Origin: a virus
Taxonomy: Duplodnaviria; Caudoviricetes
Strand: one strand, 5' to 3'
Virus record (IMG/VR): IMGVR_UViG_3300009031_000221
Span: 472,054-536,053 of that record
Length of the DNA: 64,000 bases
Below the pieces are notes generated by a model that was given only the letters and a program-made list of their open reading frames with translations, ran no database searches and was not told the DNA's origin. Below, one piece after another: positions 43,918 through 53,281 of the stretch. Each line of letters begins with the position of its first letter. The stretch's first letter is position 1. A program made the position numbers and the translations under genes.

Positions 43918-44156
43918 GCACCCTCCTCTTCCTTGACCTCCGGGATGCGCCCTGCGAACATGACACCCCGTACTTGTGCCTGAGTCAAATCAAGGTCATT
44001 GCACTTGATGCACACCTTACCCCCGAGAACTCTTGCCACCGGCCATCCGCAGATGTGACAGGCCCATTGACGGGAGTTGCAGTTGTAGCAACCATCATCA
44101 AAAGACCCGTCACATCCGCAGGAATCCTTGACCGGAGGATCGCCCTCGAGCTTCAC
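43914..44156 (-). CDS. small Cys-rich protein
   Basis: several CxxC; overlaps both neighbours. Confidence 0.55.
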   Translation of the reverse strand: MKLEGDPPVKDSCGCDGSFDDGCYNCNSRQWACHICGWPVARVLGGKVCIKCNDLDLTQAQVRGVMFAGRIPEVKEEEGA

Positions 44157-45241
44157 TTGTCGTCCCGCAGCAAGGAACGAGTACCGGGCTTGATGGCCTG
44201 CGTTCCCGTCAAGCTCGGAGCCGCAACTCCGGCGTTCAGCAAGGACTGCGTTCCCGCCTTGACCGAAGGAGCCGAAGGGGCGCCCGTGACCATGGAGATC
44301 GACTGCTGCACCGTGGAGATGTTGACGTTGCCGTAGGCAGTTCCGCCCTGGCGCTTGTTCAAGTCCTGGGAGAACTGAGCAAACTGGCCACGAACCTTGG
44401 CAATGACACCAAGCATCACGTCCACAACCCGGCGAGAGTCATCCAGCGGAACGAAGCAATCATCGCCCAAGGCATCCTTCCACTGTGCGTCAATCACCCT
44501 CTCCTGGGTGGGATACTGCGATCCCGTCCGTGCCATGATGACGTACGTGTTCATGCGGGGCTTGAGCGAACGGAACACGCCGGCAGAGTTGATCGCCTCC
44601 TGGGGAGACCGCAGGCCGAGAACCGCATCCACGTCAGCACGGCACACTTCCGGGTAGAAGCCCTCATCCGTGATGGTGAAGAAGAACACCGACTTCGCAT
44701 CCGTCGTGTCGATCTGATTGGCGACATAGTAGGCGGGAAGTTCCGCCGACTCGATGCTATTGCCACCACCATTGGCAGGCGTGTCCAAGGCCGTGATATA
44801 GCCGTCAAGCTCCTGCCCCGAACCCGTAGGCGCCACCTCGAACTTGTCCCCACAGAGCTGGGCATCGCCGTACCCCATGAATACGATCTCAAGGGAATCG
44901 CCAAGGTACTTCTGGGCTTCCTTGTAAAGGAGCGCCAAGCGCTGCACGATCTCAGCGTGCCATGCGTTGAGCGAACCCGTACGATCCAAAGAAACCAACA
45001 GGACATTGTCCTTGGTCGTCTTGATGTGCTTGCGAGGGGACAAGTCCACCGCAACGCCCGGAACCCGCGTCATCCGCAAGCTCGCCTGCCCAAGGCTGGG
45101 ATTCGGTGCTGCCGCCCCACCGTAATTGTGCGATCCGCCGGCGTAAGGCGTGCGTGCCGAGGAGAACCCGCCAACGCTACCGGAAGTGCTGCTGTAGTCA
45201 TCGGAACGGTCACGACCGCCCCATCCATAGTTACCGCTCAT
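44153..45241 (-). CDS. vWA-like protein with Gly/Ser-rich N-terminus
   Basis: SLDRTGS MIDAS, GGGNSIES, TITDE. Confidence 0.75.
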   Translation of the reverse strand: MSGNYGWGGRDRSDDYSSTSGSVGGFSSARTPYAGGSHNYGGAAAPNPSLGQASLRMTRVPGVAVDLSPRKHIKTTKDNVLLVSLDRTGSLNAWHAEIVQRLALLYKEAQKYLGDSLEIVFMGYGDAQLCGDKFEVAPTGSGQELDGYITALDTPANGGGNSIESAELPAYYVANQIDTTDAKSVFFFTITDEGFYPEVCRADVDAVLGLRSPQEAINSAGVFRSLKPRMNTYVIMARTGSQYPTQERVIDAQWKDALGDDCFVPLDDSRRVVDVMLGVIAKVRGQFAQFSQDLNKRQGGTAYGNVNISTVQQSISMVTGAPSAPSVKAGTQSLLNAGVAAPSLTGTQAIKPGTRSLLRDDK

Positions 45242-45247
45242 GGTACC

Positions 45248-46072
45248 TCACTTATGGCCACGCTTGGATGCGTGACGAAATTTGAACTCTTCCAGGCAGG
45301 AAGTTCTGCCATACACCTCATGACGAAGCTTGCCGAGTTCGTAGCGAGCCTTGTCCGTACTATTGGTGCGCTTCGTTGGATCGTGGCGAATCCACGGCTC
45401 AAAGAACGCCCGCAACTTGGGGTTCATGTCCGTAGCAAATGTCCCTGTCATGGGATTGCCACCGGTCATGAAACAAACGATCTTGCCTACTGAGTAGATG
45501 TCGGATTCCGGTACCGGGGGCAAACCAATGTTGAACTCAGGCGGTAGGTACGCCGGAGTTCCACCCTTGGATTTGGTCATGCCATCCGGGTTAATGGATG
45601 CCATACCCATATCTACAACCGTTGCGTTGTGGTCCGGGATATCGATAATCACATTCGCGGGCTTCATGTCGCAGTGCACGATGCTATGCTTGCCATGAAG
45701 GTAGGACAACGCCCCAAGCATCCGATCAACGATCCAGCAAATGTGTTCATCGTCAATAGGCTTTTGAGCAATGCCATCCGCATTTGCTTCGCAGAGCTTG
45801 TCTAAAGGAGTGCCTTCAACGAAGGACAGGATCAGGACTTGGCCAATGGCCCCGCCCATTTCCGCATAATCCATGAAGGTTGGCAGGGACGGATGCCGGA
45901 GCTTGGCGATAACGCCCGCTTCCTCTCGAAACAGTTCTGTGTAGGGCTTGACACCCGTCTTTTCCTGCTTGATGCAAACGGGTACTTTCAGGATGTTGTG
46001 TTCGCCCTTGAAGGTGCGCCCGAAGGAACCCTCCCCGATCAAAGACAACACCTTGTAGTTACCGATTTGCAT
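45248..46072 (-). CDS. Ser/Thr protein kinase (Hanks type)
   Basis: GEGSFG, IKQE, HCDMKPAN, DMG, GTPAYLPPE, SDIYSVG. Confidence 0.9.
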   Translation of the reverse strand: MQIGNYKVLSLIGEGSFGRTFKGEHNILKVPVCIKQEKTGVKPYTELFREEAGVIAKLRHPSLPTFMDYAEMGGAIGQVLILSFVEGTPLDKLCEANADGIAQKPIDDEHICWIVDRMLGALSYLHGKHSIVHCDMKPANVIIDIPDHNATVVDMGMASINPDGMTKSKGGTPAYLPPEFNIGLPPVPESDIYSVGKIVCFMTGGNPMTGTFATDMNPKLRAFFEPWIRHDPTKRTNSTDKARYELGKLRHEVYGRTSCLEEFKFRHASKRGHK

Positions 46073-47130
46073 TAGATTACCCCAGTGCGAATGAGTTCAA
46101 CGACCTGCTTGTGGAAGTTCGGGGGGGTATTCAGATCGTAGTCATATTCCACAAGAGTTCCGTAGTGATCTTCCTGCTGCCGCAATTGGGTTTCCGTCAC
46201 CCGATCATAGTAGGTCATTTCCGGGTGCGGAATGCCGTCAGGGGCATCCTTCATCACAGTCGAAACATGGATGACATTGTTGTTGACCCAATGGAGCATC
46301 CCGTCTTCAACAAGATGCGGTGCCACAACTAGAATGATGCCTTGAACCGGCTTGGCGGGCTTGCTAGGCGCAAGTGCCTTCCGATAGACACGGCTCATGT
46401 GCGCCTTCCAAAGGGGATCAACCTCAGTGCATGGAGTTGCCATCACCATGGCACTGAGCACCTTCGCACCGGGGGAATCCTCCGCCGCAAGATCCGCCGC
46501 CAATGTCGTTAGGTCTACGATGGTTGTAGGCAGCTTGTCCGCCTCAAGGGCGAATTTGAGATCAATGGCGACGCTCTCGATAACCTTGTAGCAATCCCCC
46601 GTAATCCCGATGAACTTCTGCTGATGCATCCGACGCCAGAGGCGAGCTTGAGCCGCCATCGGCGCCATGCTGCTGATATCCAAGTGCTTCGCGGCAAAAT
46701 TGCGAACGATGGTAGACCGAATGAATGCCAAAGCGGGATCGGCAGCCAGGACAACGGTCATTGCCGTGATACCGGGCAGGACATGCTCATGGCAAGCGGT
46801 CTGGAGGGACTCGTACTCGACATCCTCATTATCCCGAATCCCACGGAACACAACGTCGCAGTTCTCCCGCAGGATGATGTCAGTCAGGATGTCATCGGAT
46901 TGAATGACCTTGCCATGTGCGTCAGGGCAAAAGTCCTTGATGGCATTGGTCGTCAGCTTGAGCCGGTCTTCGTCCTTCAGGACGTAATCCTTCCCAGGAT
47001 TCACCGTCAAGGCAATGAGTAGCTTGTCGCATCGGGTTGATGCCTGCCGAATCAGATCCAAGTGCCCGAAGGTCAACGGGTCAGCGGACAAGGGCAAGAT
47101 TCCACACTTATAGTTCGCCATTCCATTCAC
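46072..47130 (-). CDS. coaD: phosphopantetheine adenylyltransferase with degenerate CoaE-like C-terminal domain
   Basis: ADPLTFGHLDLI, VNPGK, FRGIRDNEDVEYE, IRSTIVR; C-terminal domain begins FIGITG. Confidence 0.75.
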   Translation of the reverse strand: MNGMANYKCGILPLSADPLTFGHLDLIRQASTRCDKLLIALTVNPGKDYVLKDEDRLKLTTNAIKDFCPDAHGKVIQSDDILTDIILRENCDVVFRGIRDNEDVEYESLQTACHEHVLPGITAMTVVLAADPALAFIRSTIVRNFAAKHLDISSMAPMAAQARLWRRMHQQKFIGITGDCYKVIESVAIDLKFALEADKLPTTIVDLTTLAADLAAEDSPGAKVLSAMVMATPCTEVDPLWKAHMSRVYRKALAPSKPAKPVQGIILVVAPHLVEDGMLHWVNNNVIHVSTVMKDAPDGIPHPEMTYYDRVTETQLRQQEDHYGTLVEYDYDLNTPPNFHKQVVELIRTGVI

Positions 47131-47140
47131 CTCCTGTCCG

Positions 47141-47169
47141 TTCTACGCACTTAGGACAGGAAGTAAGTC
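47141..47169 (-). promoter_or_regulatory. conserved phage promoter motif copy
   Basis: GACTTACTTCC-N10-GCGTAGAA. Confidence 0.75.
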
Positions 47170-47170
47170 C

Positions 47171-47983
47171 TCAACCTTCCTGTGCAGGCGTTTCCACTCC
47201 ATGATTGTTGAATTCGGAGACGGGATGATCTTCCATGAACTTTGCCAAGGCCTCAGGGCTTTCCTTCTCTGCGGCTTCCAACCCTTGCATGTACGGATCC
47301 GCGTTGTTTTCCGCATTGATCTTTGCCTCAATCGGTGCCCACTCGCGATACATCGCCATGAGTTCCTCACTGGGAGGCGAGCAGAAAATATCCTCATAGT
47401 CAGCAACCGCCAATTCCAGCAGCTTATCCGGGTCTTCCTCCCGGCTGCGGCAGGAAATTTCACGGAACGATTGCTGATCCGAGTACCGATCATGATCAAG
47501 GGGGAGGATGTGAGGCCTACATCCATCATTCGAAGCAGGTTCCGCCGCGACTTCATCGGGAGTGCATAGCGGGCAATCTTCAACCTCAACCCCGACTTCT
47601 TCCGGGGCAGCCTTACCGGTCTTCAACCGAACGTCCCTTGCGAAGTCCGTATCGCCATCAATGACGCCCTGGGACATGCACTTCTTGCACCGGAACATGA
47701 CACCGCCGGCGGCTACCGTTTCCGCCATAGATTCGGACTTCACCTGACATTCAGGACAAAGATTGCCCGGGATGCCCTCGCCATCATTCAACGAACGGAT
47801 GAATTGCGTCCTGCCTGAAGGTGCCCTGCAAGTCGGGCATGCCCCTGACCATGCGGCACCTAGAAACTGGTTGTTGCAATCATGGCAATGGTAAATGCGA
47901 GTCCGCACGCCAAGCACGCCTACGCTCCCGTTCAGCTTCCTGCACCAGGGGCAGTAGCACGGATAAAACTTGTCCTTCGCCAT
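47171..47983 (-). CDS. multi-Zn-ribbon hypothetical protein with acidic C-terminus
   Basis: six CxxC pairs. Confidence 0.65.
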   Translation of the reverse strand: MAKDKFYPCYCPWCRKLNGSVGVLGVRTRIYHCHDCNNQFLGAAWSGACPTCRAPSGRTQFIRSLNDGEGIPGNLCPECQVKSESMAETVAAGGVMFRCKKCMSQGVIDGDTDFARDVRLKTGKAAPEEVGVEVEDCPLCTPDEVAAEPASNDGCRPHILPLDHDRYSDQQSFREISCRSREEDPDKLLELAVADYEDIFCSPPSEELMAMYREWAPIEAKINAENNADPYMQGLEAAEKESPEALAKFMEDHPVSEFNNHGVETPAQEG

Positions 47984-48086
47984 TTCACTTGCCTCGCATC
48001 AACAGTGTTTGGAATACCATGCCAAGATTGGCCCAGTCTACCCTAGCATCTACCCTAGTAAGGGTTAAAGGGATCGCCCTAAAAAA

Positions 48087-48115
48087 TTGACAACCCGACA
48101 CAAAAAAAGCATAAT
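48087..48115 (+). promoter_or_regulatory. sigma70-like promoter
   Basis: TTGACA-N17-CATAAT 30 nt upstream of HNH gene. Confidence 0.65.
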
Positions 48116-48145
48116 ATAGTATGCCGGAATGGCAAGAGAGGTAAT

Positions 48146-48601
48146 ATGAAAACATGCCCTTGTGGAAAACCAAAACTTCCAGATCGATCAATTTGTCGGG
48201 AATGCAGAAATGCTAAACTTAATGAACGCTATCGCAAAGATAGAGTTTGGCGCGAAAACCTCCGCCAACAGGTCAATGCCAATTACGATCCTCAAAAGAA
48301 ACGGCTGTGGTATATGGACATGAAACAAAAAGCCTATGATGTTTTAGGAGGGTTCGTTTGTGTGCATTGCGGATTCCTTGACCCAAGGGCATTACAAATT
48401 GATCACATCGATGGGGATGGTTATACGGGTAGAAAAGCTAGAGGCGAAATCGGAATATCCCTATATCGTCAGGTTGTAGCAACACAAGGCAAAGGATTTC
48501 AAGTACTTTGTGCAAACTGCAATTGGATTAAGAAGGCTGAGGAGGGCCATTATGGAGGTGTTAAGCGTACTCGATTAGACAAGTACCCCATTATCCCATA
48601 A
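48146..48601 (+). CDS. HNH endonuclease (antisense insertion)
   Basis: CVHCG...LQIDHIDGDG...QVLCANCN; AT-rich; GAGG RBS. Confidence 0.8.
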   Translation: MKTCPCGKPKLPDRSICRECRNAKLNERYRKDRVWRENLRQQVNANYDPQKKRLWYMDMKQKAYDVLGGFVCVHCGFLDPRALQIDHIDGDGYTGRKARGEIGISLYRQVVATQGKGFQVLCANCNWIKKAEEGHYGGVKRTRLDKYPIIP

Positions 48602-49793
48602 GGGCTGCTAGAATCATCCCAATATTGGACCAGTCAACAAGGTCGCTTTTAAGCATTGTGCCTACAGTAGTAACTTCGACATAGGTTCGTTCTGTGTCTA
48701 CCTCATTCCCATGAACTTTCCCTGCGTCCCATTTCAGGGAAAGCATCTCATTTCGTGTCATTTCTACTGCATAGACATGTGCTTTGTGAGTTGACAAAGT
48801 CGCAGCTATTTGACGGACCCCAATAGGAATAAAACGATCGGCTGCCACCCTAAACCCAGTCTCCTCATACATTTCTTCGGAAGCCGTAACTTCAGGTTCT
48901 ACCCCAGCCTTGGAGGAACTGCCCCCTGGCACTTCGACCACCATCGCTAAACTGTTATTGACAGGCGATCGGAACTCCCGCACCAATACGATCTCAGTTT
49001 CTTTGATGTACAATGGGGTTTTATTACCTTGTTCAGGGCGACAAAATGCAATGATTGTTGACACATCAGGGCGTAGAATCAAGACTTCATTGGTCTTGTG
49101 CCGGTTCTCCGCCTTGATCCATACATCCACATGCAATGCCCACAAGAAGATCCGCTCCTTGTGTTTGCCAACGCGGAATGACCATACAACCTTGGCACCG
49201 TCAATCCGATTGCCGACAGCCTTTTGAGCACTATACCATGATTGAAACTCAGGCTTGACCCACAGATGAAGCGGGACTTCCTGTTCGCCTCCCGTACGAT
49301 CCGCCCCGTTCGCCAACCTATCAACGGCATCCTTCAGCAATGAACCCAAGGTCGAATGGATGGGAACGCCCTCATGTTGACCTTGCCAATCCAGATAGGT
49401 CATGTGAGAAGCACCCTTCGGATACCCCAACAAGGCCTTACCTGACGTAAGCCAAATCCCGAACTCGACATTCGTAGTCAATGCGGGGGCGAACTTCATG
49501 TCCCGGGGAACCCAGAATACAACGAGGTCGCATGCGTTCAGGTACTTCGTCTCCCAGGAAACCTGCCCGTCATAGTCAAACGGCTTGCCATCGGGTTGCT
49601 GCGGAGGCCATTGTCCCGGCTGATTTCTCCAGGTCGGGTCAAACACCACCCCATCAAAACCCAGGTCTTGCAGGATATTGATAGCGTGCGGCCTCCAGTT
49701 GATATCCGAATCCTTCCTTGGCGAGGGGCCAGCAAGAAAGATGGACTTGGTGATAACGGAGGGGGCGACTTCCCCGGTATAGACAACTTGCAT
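48591..49793 (-). CDS. nucleoside 2-deoxyribosyltransferase-like / Nudix fusion
   Basis: N-term SIFLAGP...WET..L..CD.VVFW....TTNVEFG; C-term EVPGGS...ASEEMYEETG. Confidence 0.8.
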   Translation of the reverse strand: MQVVYTGEVAPSVITKSIFLAGPSPRKDSDINWRPHAINILQDLGFDGVVFDPTWRNQPGQWPPQQPDGKPFDYDGQVSWETKYLNACDLVVFWVPRDMKFAPALTTNVEFGIWLTSGKALLGYPKGASHMTYLDWQGQHEGVPIHSTLGSLLKDAVDRLANGADRTGGEQEVPLHLWVKPEFQSWYSAQKAVGNRIDGAKVVWSFRVGKHKERIFLWALHVDVWIKAENRHKTNEVLILRPDVSTIIAFCRPEQGNKTPLYIKETEIVLVREFRSPVNNSLAMVVEVPGGSSSKAGVEPEVTASEEMYEETGFRVAADRFIPIGVRQIAATLSTHKAHVYAVEMTRNEMLSLKWDAGKVHGNEVDTERTYVEVTTVGTMLKSDLVDWSNIGMILAALMG

Positions 49794-49823
49794 CGGTAGC
49801 CTCGTAGGATTGTCCTGCGTTGG

Positions 49824-49852
49824 ATCTACGCTTTCTCATGAACTAGTAAGTC
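49824..49852 (-). promoter_or_regulatory. conserved phage promoter motif copy
   Basis: GACTTACTAGT-N10-GCGTAGAT. Confidence 0.75.
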
Positions 49853-50102
49853 TAGGCGCGGATCAAAAGATACCCGCTTGAACCCCCCTTTGAACTACCG
49901 ATATAGGGCAAACAACTATCAACCCCCGTGAAAACCGGAAGTTCTAAGTCGAAGGAACGGCATATTTCTGGGGTTTGGAGTTATCTACCCCGATAATAGC
50001 CGATAACGCCAGGCGCCAATTTTGAGCGTTGCAAATTTGTCCTCTAACTGTCCTTCGGGGTTCTGCAAGGTGTTGCATCCGATGGAAAGTGTTAGTCTTT
50101 AG

Positions 50103-50172
50103 CGTTAGAGGATCTCGCCTCCAAAAGTCCTCTAACGAGCGTTTGATCACTCATCAGAGGACATTTTGGAGG
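50103..50172. other. two mutually exclusive hairpins in a 350-bp intergenic region
   Basis: 50118..50172 long hairpin versus 50103..50137 10-bp hairpin. Confidence 0.5.
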
Positions 50173-50207
50173 ATTCTTGCTGGGGGAGATATGTCCGTAA
50201 ACTACCC

Positions 50208-51887
50208 TTATCCCTTGGGATTAGGATTGCCAAAGGTAATATGGACTTCCGCGCCACGGGCTGCCAAGATGGACTGACCGAGATTCATCGCCTTCGTATC
50301 CAATGCGACGGCAGCAGGAGCAACAGGCACCTTCAGGCCGGCAACGATGGTCTTGAATCCGGCGATCTCGGCCTTCAGATCCTCGAGTGCCTTAGCCATA
50401 CCCTCAGCGCCAGAGGCAACGTTGGTATTGAGACCTTCGAACTCCTGGTCAATCGTAGCCCGCATGTTCTGGACATCGGACACCCGAGTAGCTACTGCCA
50501 ATTCCGAAGCGGCAACCCGATCCAGGATCAACTTGACAGATGCCGCCAGCATGTCCGCCATCTTGGCTTCCAAGTGCGCCTGAATGGCATCGATAGCCTT
50601 GTTGATCTTGATGCCGATCCCCGCCTCGATGAGTTCCGCCGCAGCCAAGATGTCACTGCTATCCGAACTTGCCTTCACGGGCTTGTCAACCAACTTGGGC
50701 TTGCCCAAGTTGTCAACCACTTCGGACACGGCAGCCAACATTTCCAATTCTGCGGGACTCGCCTCGGCAGCCTTGATACCCGCCGTATTCAAAGCCGCCG
50801 CCACGTTGTCATCATTCGGCACCTTGACAAGCGGGTAGCGCTTCTCGGCGAACTCCTGAATAGCCAACTCCGAAGTGTACCGGCGGAACCTATCTGCGGT
50901 CGGCACAGAGATGTACTTGAGGTTCCCCTTGTCCATTTCCATGCCGATATCTACCGAAACACCGGGACGGAGCTTCGCGAAGAATTCCGCAGCCGGGGTC
51001 ATCCCAATGAGAAGCCGTGCCCAGGAACCGTAAACATGAGCGCGAGCCTCTCCCGCCAGTACCCAAGGGATTGACCGACCGAAGATCGGCTTGCCCACGT
51101 CATTGGAAAAGCTAAGCCATCCCGTTCCCGTATCCTTGTACTGTTGGAAGCGCTTCTTCATCCAGTTGAGGCCGTCAAGGTTGCACCGGTCGAGGTCATT
51201 CTTCCAGATATCCCGAACTTCAGCGATAACCGAATGTGCCATCAGATCCGTGAATGCTGGGGCCAAGTCCGGGAATCGTGCCTGAAAAGCCTTGCGAAAT
51301 TCCGGGATTGCCAGGATCAACTCCGGGTTGTCCTCCAACAAAATCAATGCACCAGTGCGAGCATCACCCACGATATCCTCCTTCTTCACGACCACAAGGG
51401 GTTGATTTGCTGCAGCCTTCGCCCGTGCTTGACTGCAAATGTTCATGGTAAACGGAACATTTCCGAAGCGGCCCTTCACGTAAGAAGCCACTTCCTCGTA
51501 GCTTGAATCACGCCCTTCAGATCGGGCCTGAACCAAGTACTTGATTGCTGCCGCCTTGACATCCGTTTCCGAAGGCCCCGCATTTACATCGGGATCCTTG
51601 ATCGGAAAACCCGCCATCTTCAGCAACCGTACGGATTGTTCCCACTTTCTCTCAATAAGGACGCACGGAATCCCTCGTGACTTGGCATCCATCACAATTC
51701 GACCGCTCAACGAGTGCGACATCATGTCCCGCACACCGATGACGCCTTCACAGTTCTTCGGTATCCCACTGTATGTGGAAGTCATGTCGGTGATATGCCA
51801 ACCGACTGTGATTCCATGCACCCCAAGTTTCTTGGCAAGGTTGCCATCGACTAGGGATTTCGCACCGCCTGCTACTAGGACATTCAT
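50208..51887 (-). CDS. hypothetical protein with DUF2325-like N-terminus and coiled-coil C-terminus
   Basis: MNVLVAGG...VRDMMSHSL...AKSRGIPCVL. Confidence 0.65.
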   Translation of the reverse strand: MNVLVAGGAKSLVDGNLAKKLGVHGITVGWHITDMTSTYSGIPKNCEGVIGVRDMMSHSLSGRIVMDAKSRGIPCVLIERKWEQSVRLLKMAGFPIKDPDVNAGPSETDVKAAAIKYLVQARSEGRDSSYEEVASYVKGRFGNVPFTMNICSQARAKAAANQPLVVVKKEDIVGDARTGALILLEDNPELILAIPEFRKAFQARFPDLAPAFTDLMAHSVIAEVRDIWKNDLDRCNLDGLNWMKKRFQQYKDTGTGWLSFSNDVGKPIFGRSIPWVLAGEARAHVYGSWARLLIGMTPAAEFFAKLRPGVSVDIGMEMDKGNLKYISVPTADRFRRYTSELAIQEFAEKRYPLVKVPNDDNVAAALNTAGIKAAEASPAELEMLAAVSEVVDNLGKPKLVDKPVKASSDSSDILAAAELIEAGIGIKINKAIDAIQAHLEAKMADMLAASVKLILDRVAASELAVATRVSDVQNMRATIDQEFEGLNTNVASGAEGMAKALEDLKAEIAGFKTIVAGLKVPVAPAAVALDTKAMNLGQSILAARGAEVHITFGNPNPKG

Positions 51888-51926
51888 AACGTAAACCTCC
51901 GCAGGGGGAGATCCCCCTGTCCCGAT

Positions 51927-51955
51927 GTCTACGCATTATCGAATGGAAGTAAGCC
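51927..51955 (-). promoter_or_regulatory. conserved phage promoter motif copy (last in window)
   Basis: GGCTTACTTCC-N10-GCGTAGAC. Confidence 0.75.
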
Positions 51956-51958
51956 CGT

Positions 51959-53281
51959 CTATTCGCCAAACATGGACGATATAGGGTCAACTACTTTGTC
52001 TTCGCTAGGCTTCTTGGGAGCGCTCAGGCCATTGAGACGAGCATAAGCCAAGTCCAGGTAATGACCCTTGTTCAGGTCCAATCCCGTGTAATTCCTACCT
52101 CCTGCCAAGGATACCACACCGGTTGTACCAGAGCCTGAGAACGTGTCCATGACCGTACACCGAATGGGTTCAAAGTCCGGGCATGTGCAGGACTTCTCCC
52201 AGCCCACGGTGATATGAGTGGACAAGGGCATCTCTCCGCCAAGGGATACGCGAGCGGAACTGGATATTCCACGATCGGTTGCCTTCTCGTAGACGCCGTA
52301 CTCCAGGTGCCGCCCTGTTGTATTGCCCACCTTGTCTACGATCCGATTCATCGGGGCAAGGCAGGTCGGGCAACATCCACGTTCACTGGATCCGGCCTTG
52401 ACCATCAAGTCAACCAAATCCGTAGGCCAAGTGGCAAAGTGTGCCCCGGGATACGATTCAGGGGATACGGACCATACGGAGCGCCTATTGCGGAGTGCCT
52501 GCATCAGGTCTTCCAAGGATACGTTCATCCCTCCATCCTGTGCCGCCGCCAACCGAGTTGCCATATGCTTATGTGCATTGGCCTTCATCCCAGGGGATTC
52601 CTCCCGAATGGCTTCCGTGTCAAAGAAGTACCGATCGGACTTCGCCAACAAGAAGATGTATTCATGCATCTTCGTAGGGCGATCCTGAACATTCTCAGGC
52701 AAACACGAGGGTTTGGCCCAGATGATGTCCGAACGCAGAATCCAACCATCCGCCTGAAGGGCAAACGCCACACGCCAAGGAATCCCCGCCAAGTCCTTTG
52801 GCTTGAGCCCATGAGGCGTGTTCGGGCGGAAACGCTGCCGTGCCGCACCACCATCATCCGAAAAGAAATCCCGCTTATCAGGATCCCCCATCGTCCCCGG
52901 TGCTGTGGAACAATAGGTGTCCCCCAAATTCACCCACAAGGTTCCTGACGGATGTAGCACCCGCTTGACCTCATGGAATACCTCAACGATGTGTTGAACG
53001 AACAAACCTGGGGTCGGTTCCTGTCCTAGCTCCCCTTGCCAAGCATTACATTTCGTGCATAGGGATTCCCCAGACCATTCATGGTCACAAGTACTATCCC
53101 CACCCCATACCGCAGGATCCGTACCATAGTCTCGCAAACCCCAATAAGGCGGGCTAGTCGCAACCATATGGATAGAATCTGCCGGGAGATCCCGAAGGCT
53201 ATTACGGCAATCCTGCCCATAATAAAGGTTCGCAACTGGAGGGTTATCCCCCGAAGAAGGGATAATTACAACGGGATCCAT
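51959..53281 (-). CDS. DNA amino-methyltransferase (beta class)
   Basis: TSPPY, HFATWP, MDTFSGSGTT. Confidence 0.9.
   Translation of the reverse strand: MDPVVIIPSSGDNPPVANLYYGQDCRNSLRDLPADSIHMVATSPPYWGLRDYGTDPAVWGGDSTCDHEWSGESLCTKCNAWQGELGQEPTPGLFVQHIVEVFHEVKRVLHPSGTLWVNLGDTYCSTAPGTMGDPDKRDFFSDDGGAARQRFRPNTPHGLKPKDLAGIPWRVAFALQADGWILRSDIIWAKPSCLPENVQDRPTKMHEYIFLLAKSDRYFFDTEAIREESPGMKANAHKHMATRLAAAQDGGMNVSLEDLMQALRNRRSVWSVSPESYPGAHFATWPTDLVDLMVKAGSSERGCCPTCLAPMNRIVDKVGNTTGRHLEYGVYEKATDRGISSSARVSLGGEMPLSTHITVGWEKSCTCPDFEPIRCTVMDTFSGSGTTGVVSLAGGRNYTGLDLNKGHYLDLAYARLNGLSAPKKPSEDKVVDPISSMFGE

Noticed and set aside
46072-47130. NMN adenylyltransferase of an NAD-reconstitution pathway
   Set aside because: The RGIR..D.EYE and NPGK motifs match CoaD rather than NadD/NadM, and no ADPR-PP synthetase is nearby
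50145-50160. CTGATGAG on the minus strand suggesting a hammerhead ribozyme
   Set aside because: Stem II is followed by GTTA rather than the required GAAA, and the segment simply folds into one long hairpin
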